Of a DNA stretch of 64,000 bases, positions 42,759 through 57,907 are shown in pieces. The first letter of the stretch is position 1; each line of letters starts with the position of its first letter. Origin of the DNA: the human T2T-CHM13v2.0 reference genome, Homo sapiens. Below the pieces are notes generated by a model. The model saw only the letters and a list, made by a program, of their open reading frames with translations. It was not told the origin of the DNA and made no database searches. The position numbers and the translations under genes were made by a program. The stretch lies in the NCBI RefSeq assembly GCF_009914755.1, contig NC_060926.1. One strand, 5' to 3'.

Positions 42759-45700
42759 ATTATTATGGATTTTTTAAAAATTGCCCCGTATCTATATATT
42801 TACCATGCTATTTTCTTTTACTTAGGCTGCCAGATTTCTTTGAATTATGTGTCCATTCTTCCTAAGCTTAAGTCCTACTCTTGAATATTCTAAGCATGAT
42901 TTATGTAGCAATGTAAGACGGCAAAACCTTGAGTTGGTTGTAGATGCCAAGATGTTGAGCTCCCTAGTCTTTAAGCATCCAAACAGGGAAGCGGGGAGAG
43001 AAACAGCTGGAACCCATTTATCCCAGCATGCCATTCAAATATTATTTTCTAAAAAGACAATGTAAAATAGTTGGCAAAACGTTGATATATTCTGCACTAA
43101 TCACCACTTATTTTTGTAATAGAAAGTTTCCACTCACCCATCCTTCCACCCTTTAACCAAGAATTATATTGTCAGGGAAGCACCACATTGTACAATTTGA
43201 CTATGATAATTCACAAATTTGTGTGAACTTCTGTCAGTGTGACAGCTCATCAAAGCAGAACCATGGCTAATCAGCTAAACCTGGGAAGATAAAAGCAGGT
43301 AGCAGTGTACAGCCATGACACCTGCCAGGTCACCGTCCCTGCACTCCTTTCTCCATAACAACACCACTTTCAACTCCTATTCATTGAGTTGTGGATGTTT
43401 TCATGGTCATCTTTGTTGTTTCACTATTAATTTATTTCTGAAAAATGTATGTTATAATAATTCCAACTTTGAAAAAATTAGTGTTCTGTGTTTGTTGGAT
43501 ACAAAGCTACATGTTTTTGCTTTTAATTGCTATTAAATGCATGGTTTATTTACCTCTTTTTCATTATTAACAATTGTTTAATATTTGATGATCAAATTTC
43601 ATTTTATGATTATAGATTATAAAAAGTTTTACTTTATTTTTATCAATGTTTATTTTGATGAGTAGTATAAATATATATAGATACAGAAATGTACATGACC
43701 GATAAATATTGAGAGTTAATTGTAAAATTTATAAATGGAAAGTAATCCTTTTTGTCCTATTTAATATCCACTTGAAGTCTATTTTCTTCTGATATACTGA
43801 GCCATCTACTTTTTGTTTTTAATTTTATTGCTATATTTTGTATTTCCCACAGTTGTACTTTTTATTTTGCTTTCTCGTTTTTGAGTTGCCTATTTATAGA
43901 TGGTGTGACTGTGATTAATTTTCTGACTACTTATATATTTAATTATTTTTTAAAAATTTTAATGCTAATGTTGCTGGATATGAGATTATATTTCATTCAG
44001 TAATTTCAGTATACATTTTGAAGTTATTGCCTAATTGTATTTTTCCAAGAAATAGTATCATTCCTTTTCTTTTGGAAGTTTTATATGTTTTCCTTGCCCT
44101 CAACGTTTCAACATTTCATCACACTATGCCTCGTTATTGGTCTTTTTTATGTAAATACTATTTTGTACTATCAAGTGGCAACTTTCATCATTTGATGACC
44201 AAAGTCTTTTATTTAACTTTAAAACATTTTCTAGGTTAAAATTTCTATTTCTATTCTTATCTGTTGAATTCTCTCTCACAAATAATATCTTTGACCTTTT
44301 TTGCCATGTTCTGAGAGTCTAAAGACGATGCACGTTACAACTATTTTCTTTATGTATTTCATTTGTGTGACTAAGTCTCAAACATCAATATTTCTGATTC
44401 CTTTGCATCACTGTATATGTATGACACAATATTCTATTTAATCTCTCTGACGATAAAAGCTTTTTTATTTTTAAATGCTTTTATTTGGTCTATTGACTCA
44501 TTTTCCTCTCCTGATAATTTTTCCAGTAATTGTTCTTTTGTCTTGATTTTAGTTCCTACAAATATTGGTTGTTTGGGGGTATGTTTGCTTCCCTTTCTGT
44601 TCTGTGATCCTCTTCTCTCATCATGGTAGGTACAAGCTGTGATTATACATGATGACTTCTGGTGGGTTAAGGAGTAGGGTAGAAGATCTGTACTTAAAAG
44701 TGAGAATTGCCTGTTGTTTGTCATCTCAGTGTATGGTCTGTACATATAAGTTATTTTATGATTTGTATGGAGATATGGCCCTGTCTCTCTATGGAGGGTA
44801 AATGTACCTTCTACAGGTCCCGTGTCCCCATTCTGACTATTGCCTTAGGGGTGTTTCTGCTCTCACCTCTACTGACCATGAGCTTGAGCTCTACAGGAAC
44901 AATGACAGTCTTCACCTACAAGGGGTGGACTTCTTATTTTGCTGCCTCATTTACAAGAGGTTTTTAAGATTCAGAAAGGCCTCAATATTTTGGTTTGCTA
45001 ATGGCATCCTTTTTGTTTTTCAGAAAATTATATATTATGTTTTTATTTGTTCAACAGACTTTTTTTTAACAGAAAAAATATACAGATTTTTATACTCAAT
45101 CAATATTCTTGATTCAATTATGTATTTTTGTTTATGCCTTCCATGTACTTATTTGGGTTCTTTATCCCTGACCCCAACAGTAACTTTAAGTATCAGATCT
45201 TTCATAAAATGTATTAATTCTACAAATTGTTCCACATTGGAAGCTCCCACTTCCCCACTTATAAAATGGGGATAATACCACAAAATTTAGAGAGGCGGGA
45301 GGAATTTTACATTATATCTGCCATGTAAAAATAGTGACCCTCACATAAATGTAGCACCTAAATCTCAGTTCTCTTCCTCGAAGTTCTCGTACTTTTGCAT
45401 GTACTTACTGCCCACCACAGTTCAGTTTGCAATGCTTCCAGGAGTAGGGATTGCCCTTGAACATTTTTTGTTAGCCCTGAAGCACCTAATGTAGAACATA
45501 TACTTTTAAAAGGCTAGTTGATTAAGCACATTATGTAGAAAGACACTGTTTTAGAAAGTGACTGTAAGTGCTGAATTTCCAGCACTCAAGGGATGACAGG
45601 ACCAGAGGAGAGGAGCTGCTTTTTGCCATGCTTCTTGACAGTTTCCTGTGCAAATGCCTAACTCTGCCCTTTTCATTTTGCCCTCTTATTCACTTTCTCT

Positions 45701-46252
45701 TTTATCTAAGTAATTGGGGAAAAATATAATCCAACCTTCAATTACTCTATCCTTTCACTTCTGGAAAGTGATGAAAGTACATGGGAAAGTTGAGATGTAT
45801 ATCTGGGGGAAAAGGACAAGAGCACATGTGAAGATGGTGAGTCATTTTTTATCACTTGCCCTTATGAAAGATTGTCTGTGAGCAGAGCTTGTAATATAGA
45901 AAGCTTGAAGGTTGGATTTCAGAAAACAGCTCTAATGGTGCTATTTCTAGAACTCTCTGGAGTACCTAAAAGGTTTGGCTTTAAATAACAGATAACTTGT
46001 CCCATACTACCTTACACAATTATGAAATTCATTAGTACACATAGTAGGCCTAGGGTTAACACAGATTTTGGACTCATTGTGAACCTCTTTTTCTACTTCT
46101 ATTATGCAGTCAACATTGTTGGCTATACCTCAAAGCTTGTTCCTCTTTTATTAATGGGTAATTTTTATTAAGAATTTTGCTTGTTGCTTGTTTTTTTGTT
46201 GTTGCTTTTGTTTATATCATAAGGGAAGTAAAGTCTGTGTTCATTTAGTCTT

Positions 46253-46557
46253 TCCATTTTATTTATTTATTTATTTAGATGGAGTCTTGCTCTTTTGGCT
46301 AGGCTAGAGTACAGTGGTGCAATCTAGGCTCGCTGCAACCGCCACCCCCCAGATTCAAATAATTCTCCTGCCTCAGACTCCCAAGTAGCTGGGATTACAG
46401 TTGCCCACCACCATACTCGGCTAATTTTTGTATTTTTAGTAGAGACAGGCTTTCCTCATGTTGACCAGGCTGGTTTCGAACTCCTGATCTCAAGTGATCT
46501 CCCAGCCTCGGCCTCCCAAAGTGCTGGGATTGCAGGCGTGAGCCACCGCTCCTGGCC
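46253..46557 (-). mobile_element. Alu (AluSx/Sz-like)
   Basis: Antisense Alu; TSD catttagtctt (46242-46252, 46558-46568). Confidence 0.96.
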
Positions 46558-48204
46558 CATTTAGTCTTCAGTGAACAAAGTGTATGTTTTCTCAGATCTT
46601 GTAGCAAGTTTGTTTTGAATTTCATTGGCCAGAATTTAGGCAAATGTTTATTTGTGAAACAAATATTGTCAATAGGATTATCTTTAGACCAATCAGGTGC
46701 CCATCTGAGCTCAGTTTCCCAAATGGCACTGCTGTTACTTCATGTAGCTTAACCACAATGCCCACTAACCTCATAATAATGTCTCATTATTATCTTTGAT
46801 TAATTTTTTTACTTGTAGTTACAATGCCATTATTTCTGTTCTTTCTTACATGTACAAGATAAATTTAAAATACTAGTAAACCAAGCTTCAGAATTTTGTG
46901 GGAGTTTTTAGATAATGGCCAATTCTAAAATTCTTAAAGATCTGAGAGTGTACAGGTATAAATATTTTGATTCAAAATTTAAATTCTCCACAATTCCAAT
47001 AAAATCTTTATTTTTATTACCATTTCAAAGGCAAACAGATATATGTCTTCTAATTAGGATCAAATATATTTTCTAGTTTTAGGTAATAAATTTATAACAC
47101 ACACACTTCACTCTCCTATGTAATGCAAAAATTAAATATCATTAACACAGTATTGTTGTTTAAGCTTGAGTTTTTTTGAGACTGGGGAACTTGAATTTCA
47201 TAGAGTTACATAAGCACTGAAGTATATTTTGGGTTATCTGAGATGGAGAAATGTTAAGAACTTTTGGGATTTGATGCTTACATAATGGTAAATCCAATAT
47301 ATCCCTTAATCCCTTGGTATTCTAAAAAATACAGTGCAGTATACATAATGCAACAAGAGATTCTTGGATCTATAATCCTCAGACTTTTTCTAATGTTTTA
47401 TTACTTCTTTCTAAAAATATAACTGCTTGGTATTTTATGTGTTCCTTATCAATAAAAAAGTTATTTGTTTTGAGTTTTTTACTTTTATTTATTAATTACA
47501 CAACTCCCCATCTTTCACAACCTGCCTGGGAATAAAATGTCTCAAGAAATATAGGCAGTTTCCCAAAGAAGTAGATATAACTAAATATATAATAATCTTC
47601 ACTATTTTATTTATTTTTAAAATGTTGAGGACATTTCAACACACATATATTAAATATCTACTTTGTACTCAGTACAACTCTTGGCACTGAAAATCTTTAA
47701 TGTATAAGACTTTGTGTCTTCCATAAAGGAGCTTGTAAACTACAGGTGGAAAAGATCATGAACAGATATATGCATTGTAGCAGTGGAAATAACATCTTAC
47801 TACAGCAGTGAAAGTAAAAGTGTTAAGTCTAGCCTATATAATTAGGAGTAAAAATTGATTTTTCATGAGAGGTACATACCATCAACCTCAATGCTCTTAG
47901 AAATCATTATAAAAGTTCAAGTTCCAAAATCAAGGGAAAAAAATTCTGTCTTATATGTGTTAAGATATGTGCTAATGTAAAAATAAGAGATTTCAACTAT
48001 GCATTCAACTCAAAGAATAAGAAAATACTAATAAAAAACCTACCATGAATATGACAAAAATATTTCTACAAATAAAAAATGATTTTTAAAAAACTCAGAA
48101 TATCAAATAATAGAATCAAGTAAAAACTTTTTATTCCACTTTGGTGCTAGCAATCCTAGCTCAATTTATATCCTCAAAATGTTCTAAACACATCCCTGCC
48201 TCAG

Positions 48205-48665
48205 TGTCGACATGGCCAAGGTCATGGACTCTGGAGCCAAACTGCTTAGTCTGGAAACAACTCTAATTTTTCACCTCTGAAACAGAGATATTTATAAGTA
48301 CCAAACTCCTGTAATATAGTGACAATGAAACAAGCTAATATAGAGTGAGCACCAAGAGCATTGCTTGGCAAACACTGAGCACTCAACAAATGTCAGTCAA
48401 TAGAGCGCTCCAGTATGGAAATTTGGTTAAGACTTTGTGTTCTAGAGCCAGACTGCCCAGTTCCTGCCCTTTTGAGGCCAGTAAGTCAGTGTCTCTGGAC
48501 CTCAATTTTTTTCACCTTTAAAATTGGTGTGCATAATTGTACTTACCACATAGGGCTATGGAAAGAATCAAATGGATTCTACATAGGAAACAATTAGAAC
48601 CATGCACGACACTTAGTAAGTGCTAAATATTGTTTAGTTAACATTGTTATGATTGTTGTAGCCAT
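48205..48665 (+). mobile_element. Two tandem MIR SINEs
   Basis: ggactctggagccaaactgct...gagcactcaacaaatgt, then ggttaagactttgtgttctagagccagactgcc...acttagtaagtgct. Confidence 0.75.
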
Positions 48666-48949
48666 TGTTATTTTGACTCTTCCGTCTCTAAGAATCCTTT
48701 CCTTCCTTCTGAAATATCTGATTCTTTCTTACCTCCAGATTTGAGTTCAGATATAGTTTCCTGATGCCCAGAATAATTGAGTTTTTGAGGGTGCAGCAGG
48801 CAGGGTTTGTAGTGAGTGTTTATTTTTTAAAAAAATAGTTGTCAAAGAAGATAAAAACTGAAGAAAATGTACCCTTATTTAAAGTTATTGTTTTACTTTG
48901 GTTATTGTATGAGTAAATGGCCCATAGACTTTGCAGTGTTCAAGGCTGA

Positions 48950-49215
48950 AATTAGCCCTGCTGATGACCTTGTTAAACCCTATCTCCCCCACCATCTACT
49001 GTGCCTCACAAAGTCAGTTTTTATTTTACAAACTTATCTATTCCCCTCTTATAGTTTTATGTTACATAAAATTATCATTCTTATTTATACTTTTATTATC
49101 TGTTCTTTCCCCAGTATATGAAGTCAATGCGGTAAGAATGTCACCTGCTTTACTCATCACTTGATCTGCCTGCCTTCCATAGTGCCTGAATGAATGTGGA
49201 CACTCAATAATAATT
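48950..49215 (+). mobile_element. L2 3' end
   Basis: tatctgttctttccccagtatatgaagtcaatgcgg...atagtgcctgaa...cactcaataa. Confidence 0.6.
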
Positions 49216-49232
49216 CTAAATTATTTTAGTGC

Positions 49233-50300
<1,068 letters not shown>

Positions 50301-51997
50301 AAGAAATATTGTAAAGATAATACCAAGAGCGTTCATATATCCCAGACCCAGTATCCTTTCTTTCTAGTATCTTACATCATATATTTGTTAAAATTCAGGA
50401 GCCAATATTGACACATTATAATTAACTAAAATCCATACTTTATTAAAATGCCCTGAGTTTCAGCTGTTATCCTTTTACTGTTCCAGGATCCTTTCCAGGA
50501 TTTTATATTACATTTAGTCACCATATTTCTTTAGGCACCTCTTGGCTATGAAATTTTCTTAGTCTTTCCTACTTTTGAATGACCCTGGTGATTCTGAGGA
50601 ATTCTGGTCAAATATTTTGTAGACTGTCCCTCAATTGGGATTTGTTTGTTGTGTTTCTCATGAGTAGACTTGAGTTCTGGGTATTCGTCAGGAAGACCAC
50701 AGAGGTAAATTATCATTTTCATTGCATTGTATCAACAGCACACACTCTCAACATGTTAGTCTTGATCACATGGCTGAGATATTATTTCTCAGATTTCTTA
50801 ACTGTGTTTTCTTTCTGTTTTCATACCCTGTTTTTCAAAAGGAAGTCACTATGCACTCCACACACTTAAGCAGAGGGAAGCAGCCTCCATCTACTTCAGG
50901 GCAGGACATCTAAGTAAATTATTTGGAATTATTCTGCACAGGAGATATGTCTTGTTCTCCCAAATATTTGTGTATTTAACAATTTATTAAATTATTAAGC
51001 CAAGGTGGACAGATGTTTATTTTTAACTTTAGATTATAATCCAAAACCATGGTATTTATTTTGATTGCTTATTCCAACTTTCACCATTGGAGTTCTTGTG
51101 TTGTAAACCCATCTCTCTCTCTCTTTGTTTTGTTTGTTTGTTTGTTTGCACTTTCTTTCTTTTTGGCACTATAAAACACTCCAGGCTCATATTGTTTTTT
51201 TTTTTTTTTTTTTTTTTTAATTTCCAGCCCCAGCCCCTAAATCAGCCATTTTTCTAAAGAAGCCTGTTTCTTTAATTGAAGAATCGTCATGCAAACCAAG
51301 ATCTGGGCATTAAATGTGCTTAATGATACTGAATATTATTCCTTCTAGGCTTTCTTACCTGACAGAGCAAGGAATACATATTTATATACTAACTAAGTGT
51401 ATATACACATCTCTATAAATATTTTTTATGTGATCACCTGCATCTGTAGTAACGTAACTATGAGTTCTTATTGATATCTCCAATTCAAACCCCTAACTGC
51501 ATAGATCATTCTAATCTCCATCCTTCTTCTCTGTAACCTCCCACTCCAACACCGAGAAGACTCCAGATGGCTCCCAGCATCCACCGTCCATACATCTAAA
51601 CTTTCAGTTCCAGCATACTTGTATAGAAGTGTTAAATTATACCACTCTGGTAAATAACTCTATCAACTAGAATATAGCACTTATGTAAATTTTCTTTTAG
51701 TCTTACAGACTCCACTCATTTGCAGAGTTACTTAGGTCAGCCCCTTTTCCCTCCGCCCTCTTCGGTTAGTTTGGTACATACATTTGAAATACTGTTAGAT
51801 TGCTTTTATCATGTTCTGCATTCTATCCTGGTATCTCACAATCTCCTGAATGAGTTTTTAAATAATTATACACTTTGAGGCTCACTCTGTTTGGTCAAGT
51901 TCTGTGTGTTTTGACAAATGGAGAGCATCATGCATCCATCCACAGCCCTAAAATGTCCCCCGCCCTTCACGTCTTCAAGCTTTCTTCTCTCTCCTGA

Positions 51998-52278
51998 ACC
52001 ATTCTCAGCAAACTATCAGAAGGACAGAAAACCAAACACCACAAGTTCTCACTCATAGGGGGGAATTGAACAATATCACTTGGACACAGGGCAGGGAACA
52101 TCACACCCCGGGGCCTGTTGCGGGGGTGGGAGGCTGGGGAGGGATAGCATTAGGAGAAATACCTAATGTAGATGATGAGTTGATGGGTGCAGCAAACCAA
52201 CATGGCACATGTATACCTATGTATCAAACCTGCACGTTGTGCACATGTACCCTAGAACTCAAAGTATAATAAAAAAAA
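51998..52278 (+). mobile_element. Short L1PA (PA5-6-like) 3' end
   Basis: cattctcagcaaactatc...gtaccctagaactcaaagtataataaaaaaa. Confidence 0.93.
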
Positions 52279-53383
52279 TATAACATACACACACACACCC
52301 ACAGAAGAATCACAGAACTGTGCCTTTCCCAGAATGATATATAGTTGAATTACACAGTAGATAGCATTTTCAGACTATCTTCTTTCAATTAGCAATATGC
52401 ATGGAAGATAAATTCACACCTTTGCATGAGTTGCAAGTTCATTTCTGTTTATGCTGAATAATATTCCATTATATGGATGTACCAGAGTTTGTTTACCCAT
52501 TCACCTATTTAAGAATATCTTGGTGGCTTCCAGTTTGGGGTGATTGAGAATAAATCTGCTGGAAACATTCACATTCAGGTTCTTATATGAACACAATTTT
52601 TCAAATTAGTAGGGTAAATACCTAGAAGCACTGTTGTTAGATAATATGATATGACAATGCTTATACCTTCATAACTTATTAACTGCTCAACTGTCTACCA
52701 AAATTACTGCACCATTTTGAACTCTCACCCACAATTAATGGGAGTTTCTGTTCCTCCACATTCTCATCAGCATTTGGCAATGACAAATTTTAGATCTTGG
52801 CCATTCTGATAGGTGCACAGTTATATCTCATTGTTCTAATGTGCATATCCTGAATGAAAAATCATGTTGAATCTCTTTTCGTATGTTTATTTGCCATCTG
52901 TATATATTCTTTGGTAAGGTGTGTGTTCAGATCGTTTGCTCATTTTAAAAACTGGGTTGTTTCCTTTCTTATTGTTTAGTTGTGTATTTGTATTATTGTT
53001 GTCTTTGTAATTTTTTTTTCATCAGATTTGTGTTTTTGGCTTATCTTTTATTTTTCTTAGATTATCTCACAGAGCAAAAGTTTTTATTTTAATAAAGCTC
53101 AAATCAATTTTGATTTCATGGATTAGGCTTTCAGTTCTGCATCTAAGAATTGTCACCAACCCAATGGTAACAGATTTCCTACTATGCTTTCTTCCAGATG
53201 CTTTGTTATTTTACATTTTACATGTAGATTTATATGTTTTGAGGCAATTTTTGTCAAAGGCGTAAGGTCTGTGCCTGGGTTTGTGTTTTTGCGTGTGAAT
53301 GTCCAATTATTACAACATTTTTTTAAAAATGCTATTCTTTCTTAATGGAATTTCCTTAGTTCCTTTATCAAAGATCAATTATT

Positions 53384-53691
53384 TATTTTATTTATTTATT
53401 TATTCTTTTTGAGACGGAGTCTCACTCTGTCGCCCAGGCTGGAGTGCAATAGCGTGATCTCGGCTCACTGAAACCTCCACCTCCTGGTTTCAAGCAGTTC
53501 TCCTGCCTCAGCCTCCTCAGTAGCTGGGATAAAGGCGACTGCCACCATGCTCAGCTAATTTTTGTATTTTTATTAGAGACAGGGTTTTGCCATGTTGGCC
53601 AGGCTGGTCTCAAACTCCTGGCCTCAAATGATCCGCCCGCCTCGACCTCCCAAAGTGCTAGGATTACAGGCGTGAGCCACCACACCCGGCC
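53384..53691 (-). mobile_element. Alu (AluSx/Sz-like)
   Basis: TSD caaag(a/t)tcaattatt (53369-53383, 53692-53706). Confidence 0.96.
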
Positions 53692-56059
53692 CAAAGTTCA
53701 ATTATTCATACTTCTGTACATCTATTTTTGAGCTCTTGATTCTGTGTCCTAAATCTATGAATCCCTTCTTTTGTCAATACCACCCTGTCTTGATTATTAC
53801 AGCATTGTAGTCACCCTTGATATAGATTTGTTTCAGTTTTCCAACTTTTTGTTTTTATTTTTTAGAATTGTGGTGAATATTCCAGGTCTTTTGCTTCTCA
53901 TATAAAATTTTTTGAACACTTTTGTTAATATCTACAATAAAGATCGTTGGGATTTTGATTGAGATAGCATTGAATCTATAGATTAGAATGGGTAGTATCA
54001 ATATTTTAATAACATTTAGTTTTTCAATTCACAAACGGAATAACATTTGTTATATATTCATTTGTTTAGGTCCTCCTTGATTTATTTTATGAGTGTTTTG
54101 TATTTTTGTCTGCATGTAGATCCCATACTTTTTTTTTTTGCAAGATTTATACTTAAGAATTTTTTTTTTTTTGCATGGAGATATATAAAAAGTATTGAGT
54201 TTTAAATTTTAAGTTCTAATACTTTATTCTTGGTTTACAGAAAAGTAATTGTCCATTGTGTATTAATGTATATCCTGAAACTTATGCTATCTTTTAAAAG
54301 TGTCAATAAATTTTTTGTTTGTTTTTGCTGCTGTTGATTCTTTTAATTTTTTTTAAATGTAGTCATCTACAAATATGGACAGCTTTATTTCTTCCTTTCT
54401 CTGTGGTATACATTTTATTTCCCTTTCCTGATTTATTACAGTAGTTTGAGCTTCTGGTACAGTAATAAATAGGAGTGGTGAGTGGGATATTTTTGCTTTT
54501 TTAATCTTAGAGGGAGGGAGGATGAGTTTATTTTCTTACCAGTAAGTATGATGTAACTGTTGATTTTTGGAGATGTTATTCATCAAGTTGAATGTGTTCC
54601 CCTTTTACTCCTAGTTCACTGAGAGACATTTTAAAAATCATGAATGGATATTGGATTTCATCAAATGTTCCTTCTCTACCAATTGATCACATTTTTATTC
54701 TTTAGCCTGTTGATTGATTTTCAAATGTTGAATCTGTTTGCGTGACTGCAATGAATCTAACTCTGTTATAGTGTCTGATTCTTTTTATACATTATTGGGT
54801 TCAATTTGCTAATTTTTGTTGAGGATTTGTACATCTATATTTGTGAGATATATTGTTTATTTTCCTCCTTCATGTAATGTTTTTAACGGTTCTGACATTA
54901 CAGTAATGCTGATCTCATAGATACAATTAGGACGTGTTTCTGTTGTTTCTTTTTTTTTTTTTTGGATGAGATTGTGAAGAATTGGCATTAGTCTTCTTGA
55001 AATTTTTGCTAGAATTCACCAGTATAACCACTTGGACCAGGTGCTTTCTGTTTTAAAAAATTATTAATCATAGCTTAATTTATTTAATATATGTAGGATC
55101 ATTCTAATGATCTTTTTAACTTGCCTGAGTATGCTACTTTGTGTCTTTCAAGGATTCGTCCAAGTTATCAAATGTGTGGCAAAGAGTTGTTTACAATATA
55201 TTTCATTATTGTTTTAATTTCATGGGATTTGTAGTGATGAACTTGTCTTTTGTTTCTGACATTGGAGATTTGTGTCCTCTCCTTTGCTTCACTAGACTGA
55301 CTAAAGTTTTATCAAGTTTATTAATGTGTTCATATGACCAGATTTTTATGTTGTTGATTTTCTTTATTGTTTTATTCTGCTTTAAATTTCATAGATTTGT
55401 GCTTTACTTTTTATTATTTTTTTCTGGTTATTTGGCTTTGAATTGCTCTTGTATCTCTAATTTACTAAGAAGGAATATTAGGTTATTGATTCAAATCTTT
55501 TTTTTTTCTTTTCTAACACTTTTATTTAGTACTACACATTTTCTCTAAGCACTGCTTTATCTGAATTTCATGAATTTTGATAAATTGGACTTTTATTTTT
55601 TATTTCATGCATATATATATATTTTTTACTTTTCTTGAGATTTATTATTTGACCTACATGTTATTTAGGAAAATGTTTATGTATTTTCAAACTATCTTTC
55701 TTTTATTCATTTCCACTTTAATTGCATTGAAGTCTAACATATTTTGTATGATTTCTATTTTTAAAAGTTGCTAAAGTGTTTTATGGCTTTGAATGTTGTC
55801 TATGTTGGTGAATGTTTCATGTGAATTTGAAATCAGTAGTGTAGTTCAGGTCATCTGTATTATTACTGGCTTTCAGCCTACTTGATCTGTCAGTTACTGG
55901 AAAAAATGATATTGAAATCTACATTTATAAAAGTAAATTTATCCATTTTTTTCTTTCAATTTGATTAAATAACATTACACTAATTTATGTGTAGTACAGG
56001 TAACTTATAACAAAGTATTCCAAATACCTCTCTCATGACATTACTGTCACGCAATATTT

Positions 56060-56404
56060 ATTCATCTTGAGTGTCTCCCTTTTTCTACCATGTGATGATA
56101 TAACACAAAGATGGTGGTCTACAATCCAGGAAGAGTGCCCTTTCAGACACCAAGTCTGATAGTGCTTAAGACAAAGATGGTGGTCTACAATCCAGAAAGA
56201 GTGCCCTTTCAGACACCAAGTCTGATAGTGCATAAGACAAAGATGGTGGTCTACAACCCAGAAAGAGTGCCCTTTCAGACACCAAGTCTGATAGTGCTTT
56301 GACTTGCATTTTCCAGCCTTCAGAAATGTTAGACATATATTTCTATTTTGTAAATCACCCGGACTATGGAAATTTTGTAATGGCAGCCCACACTGACTAA
56401 GATA
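56060..56404 (+). mobile_element. MLT1A/MST-type LTR 3' part with internal triplication
   Basis: ccatgtgatgat...ttccagccttcagaaatg...ttgtaatggcagcccacactgactaagata. Confidence 0.8.
56105..56299. repeat. 66-bp tandem repeat, ~3 near-identical copies
   Basis: Units start at 56105, 56171 and 56237. Confidence 0.97.
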
Positions 56405-56639
56405 TCCATAACCTGTACTAACCTAACACATTGTTGCTGTTATTACTCTAAACAAACAGTTATGTTTTGATCAATTAAAAATAACACAAAGGTATTATTT
56501 TACTTTCACTATTTCTTTTTCATCACTTTTTTTTTTATTATGTAGATCTGAGTTGCCAACCTATATCATTGGCTTTCTGAAAACTATTTTTTTTTTAAAT
56601 TTTATTAAGGATGAGTCTGATGGTGATGAAATTCCTCCA

Positions 56640-57907
56640 TTTTTTAAAATGACAAATAATGGTTGTATATATTTATGCATGCAATGTGATGCAATAATAT
56701 ATTGTATGCATTGTAGAATGATTAAATCAAGCTAAACAATATATCCATCACTTCACATACTTACTTCCTTGTGATGAGAACATTTAAAATCTACTGTTAT
56801 AGTAATTTTTAAAAATACAATATGGTGTTATTAATTAAAGTCACTGTGTAGAGCAATCAATTACTAGCATTTATTCCTCCTGTATAATTGGAATTTTGTA
56901 CCCTCTGACCAACATCTCCATTTTCCATTCACCCCCACCCCCAGCCTCTGGTGACCACAATTCTTTTTTCCACTTTTATGAGTTTAACTTTTTTAGATTC
57001 CACATATAAGTAAGATCATGTAGTATTTGTCTTTCTGTGCTTGGCTCATTTCATTTAGCATAATGTCTTCCAGGTTCTTCCATGTTGTCACAAAAGATAA
57101 AGTTTTCTATTTTTACGACTGAATAGTAATATATTGTATATATACACCACATTTTCTTTATTCATTTATCCATTAATGGACATATAGAATGGCTTCCATA
57201 TCTTGGCTATGGTGCATAATGCTGCAATAAACATGAGAGTGAAGATAACTCTTCAATAATAATGATTTTAGTTCCTTTGAATATATACTCTAAATTGGGA
57301 TTGCTGGATCATATTGTATTTCTATTTTTAGTTTTTTGAGAGACTTCCACACTAATTTTCATAACGACTGTACTAATTTACATTTCTACCAACAGCACAT
57401 TTTTTGCATCCCATATGGATGCAAAAGTTCTCAACTCTTTTCTGCATATCATCACCAACTCTTATCTTCCATCTTTTCAGTAATAGCCATTGGCCCAGAC
57501 AATGATTTCTTGGATATAACCTTAAAGCTCAGACAACCACAACAAAAAAAATGAAATTGCAACAAATAAAAAGCTTCTACACAGCAAAGGAAACAACTGA
57601 CAGAGTAGAGAGATATCCCACAGATTGGAAGAAAATATTTGCGAACCACATACCTGATAAGGGGCTAATATTGAAAATATATGAGGAGCTCAAATATCTT
57701 AATAACAAAAAAAACCTGATTAAAAATGGCAAAGGACATGAATAGAAATTGCCCAAAAGAAGATAATATAAATGGCCAAAAGATGTATGACAAAATTCTA
57801 AACATCACTAATTGCCAGAAAAATGCAAACAAGAATGGTTATTATGCAAACAAGCTTTCAATATTACCTCATATCTATTAGAATGGTTATTATCTATTAG
57901 AATGGTT
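56640..57907 (-). mobile_element. L1MA-type insertion with 5' inversion
   Basis: Antisense 3' end 56640-57491; sense ORF2 segment 57488-57907 (KSFYTAKETTDRVERYPTDWKKIFAN). Confidence 0.85.

Noticed and set aside
52108-52143. G-quadruplex-like G runs
   Set aside because: Standard L1 3' UTR G-rich tract
56105-56299. CRISPR-like array or repeat-protein gene
   Set aside because: Head-to-tail repeats with no unique spacers, LTR-derived, eukaryotic context, no cas genes
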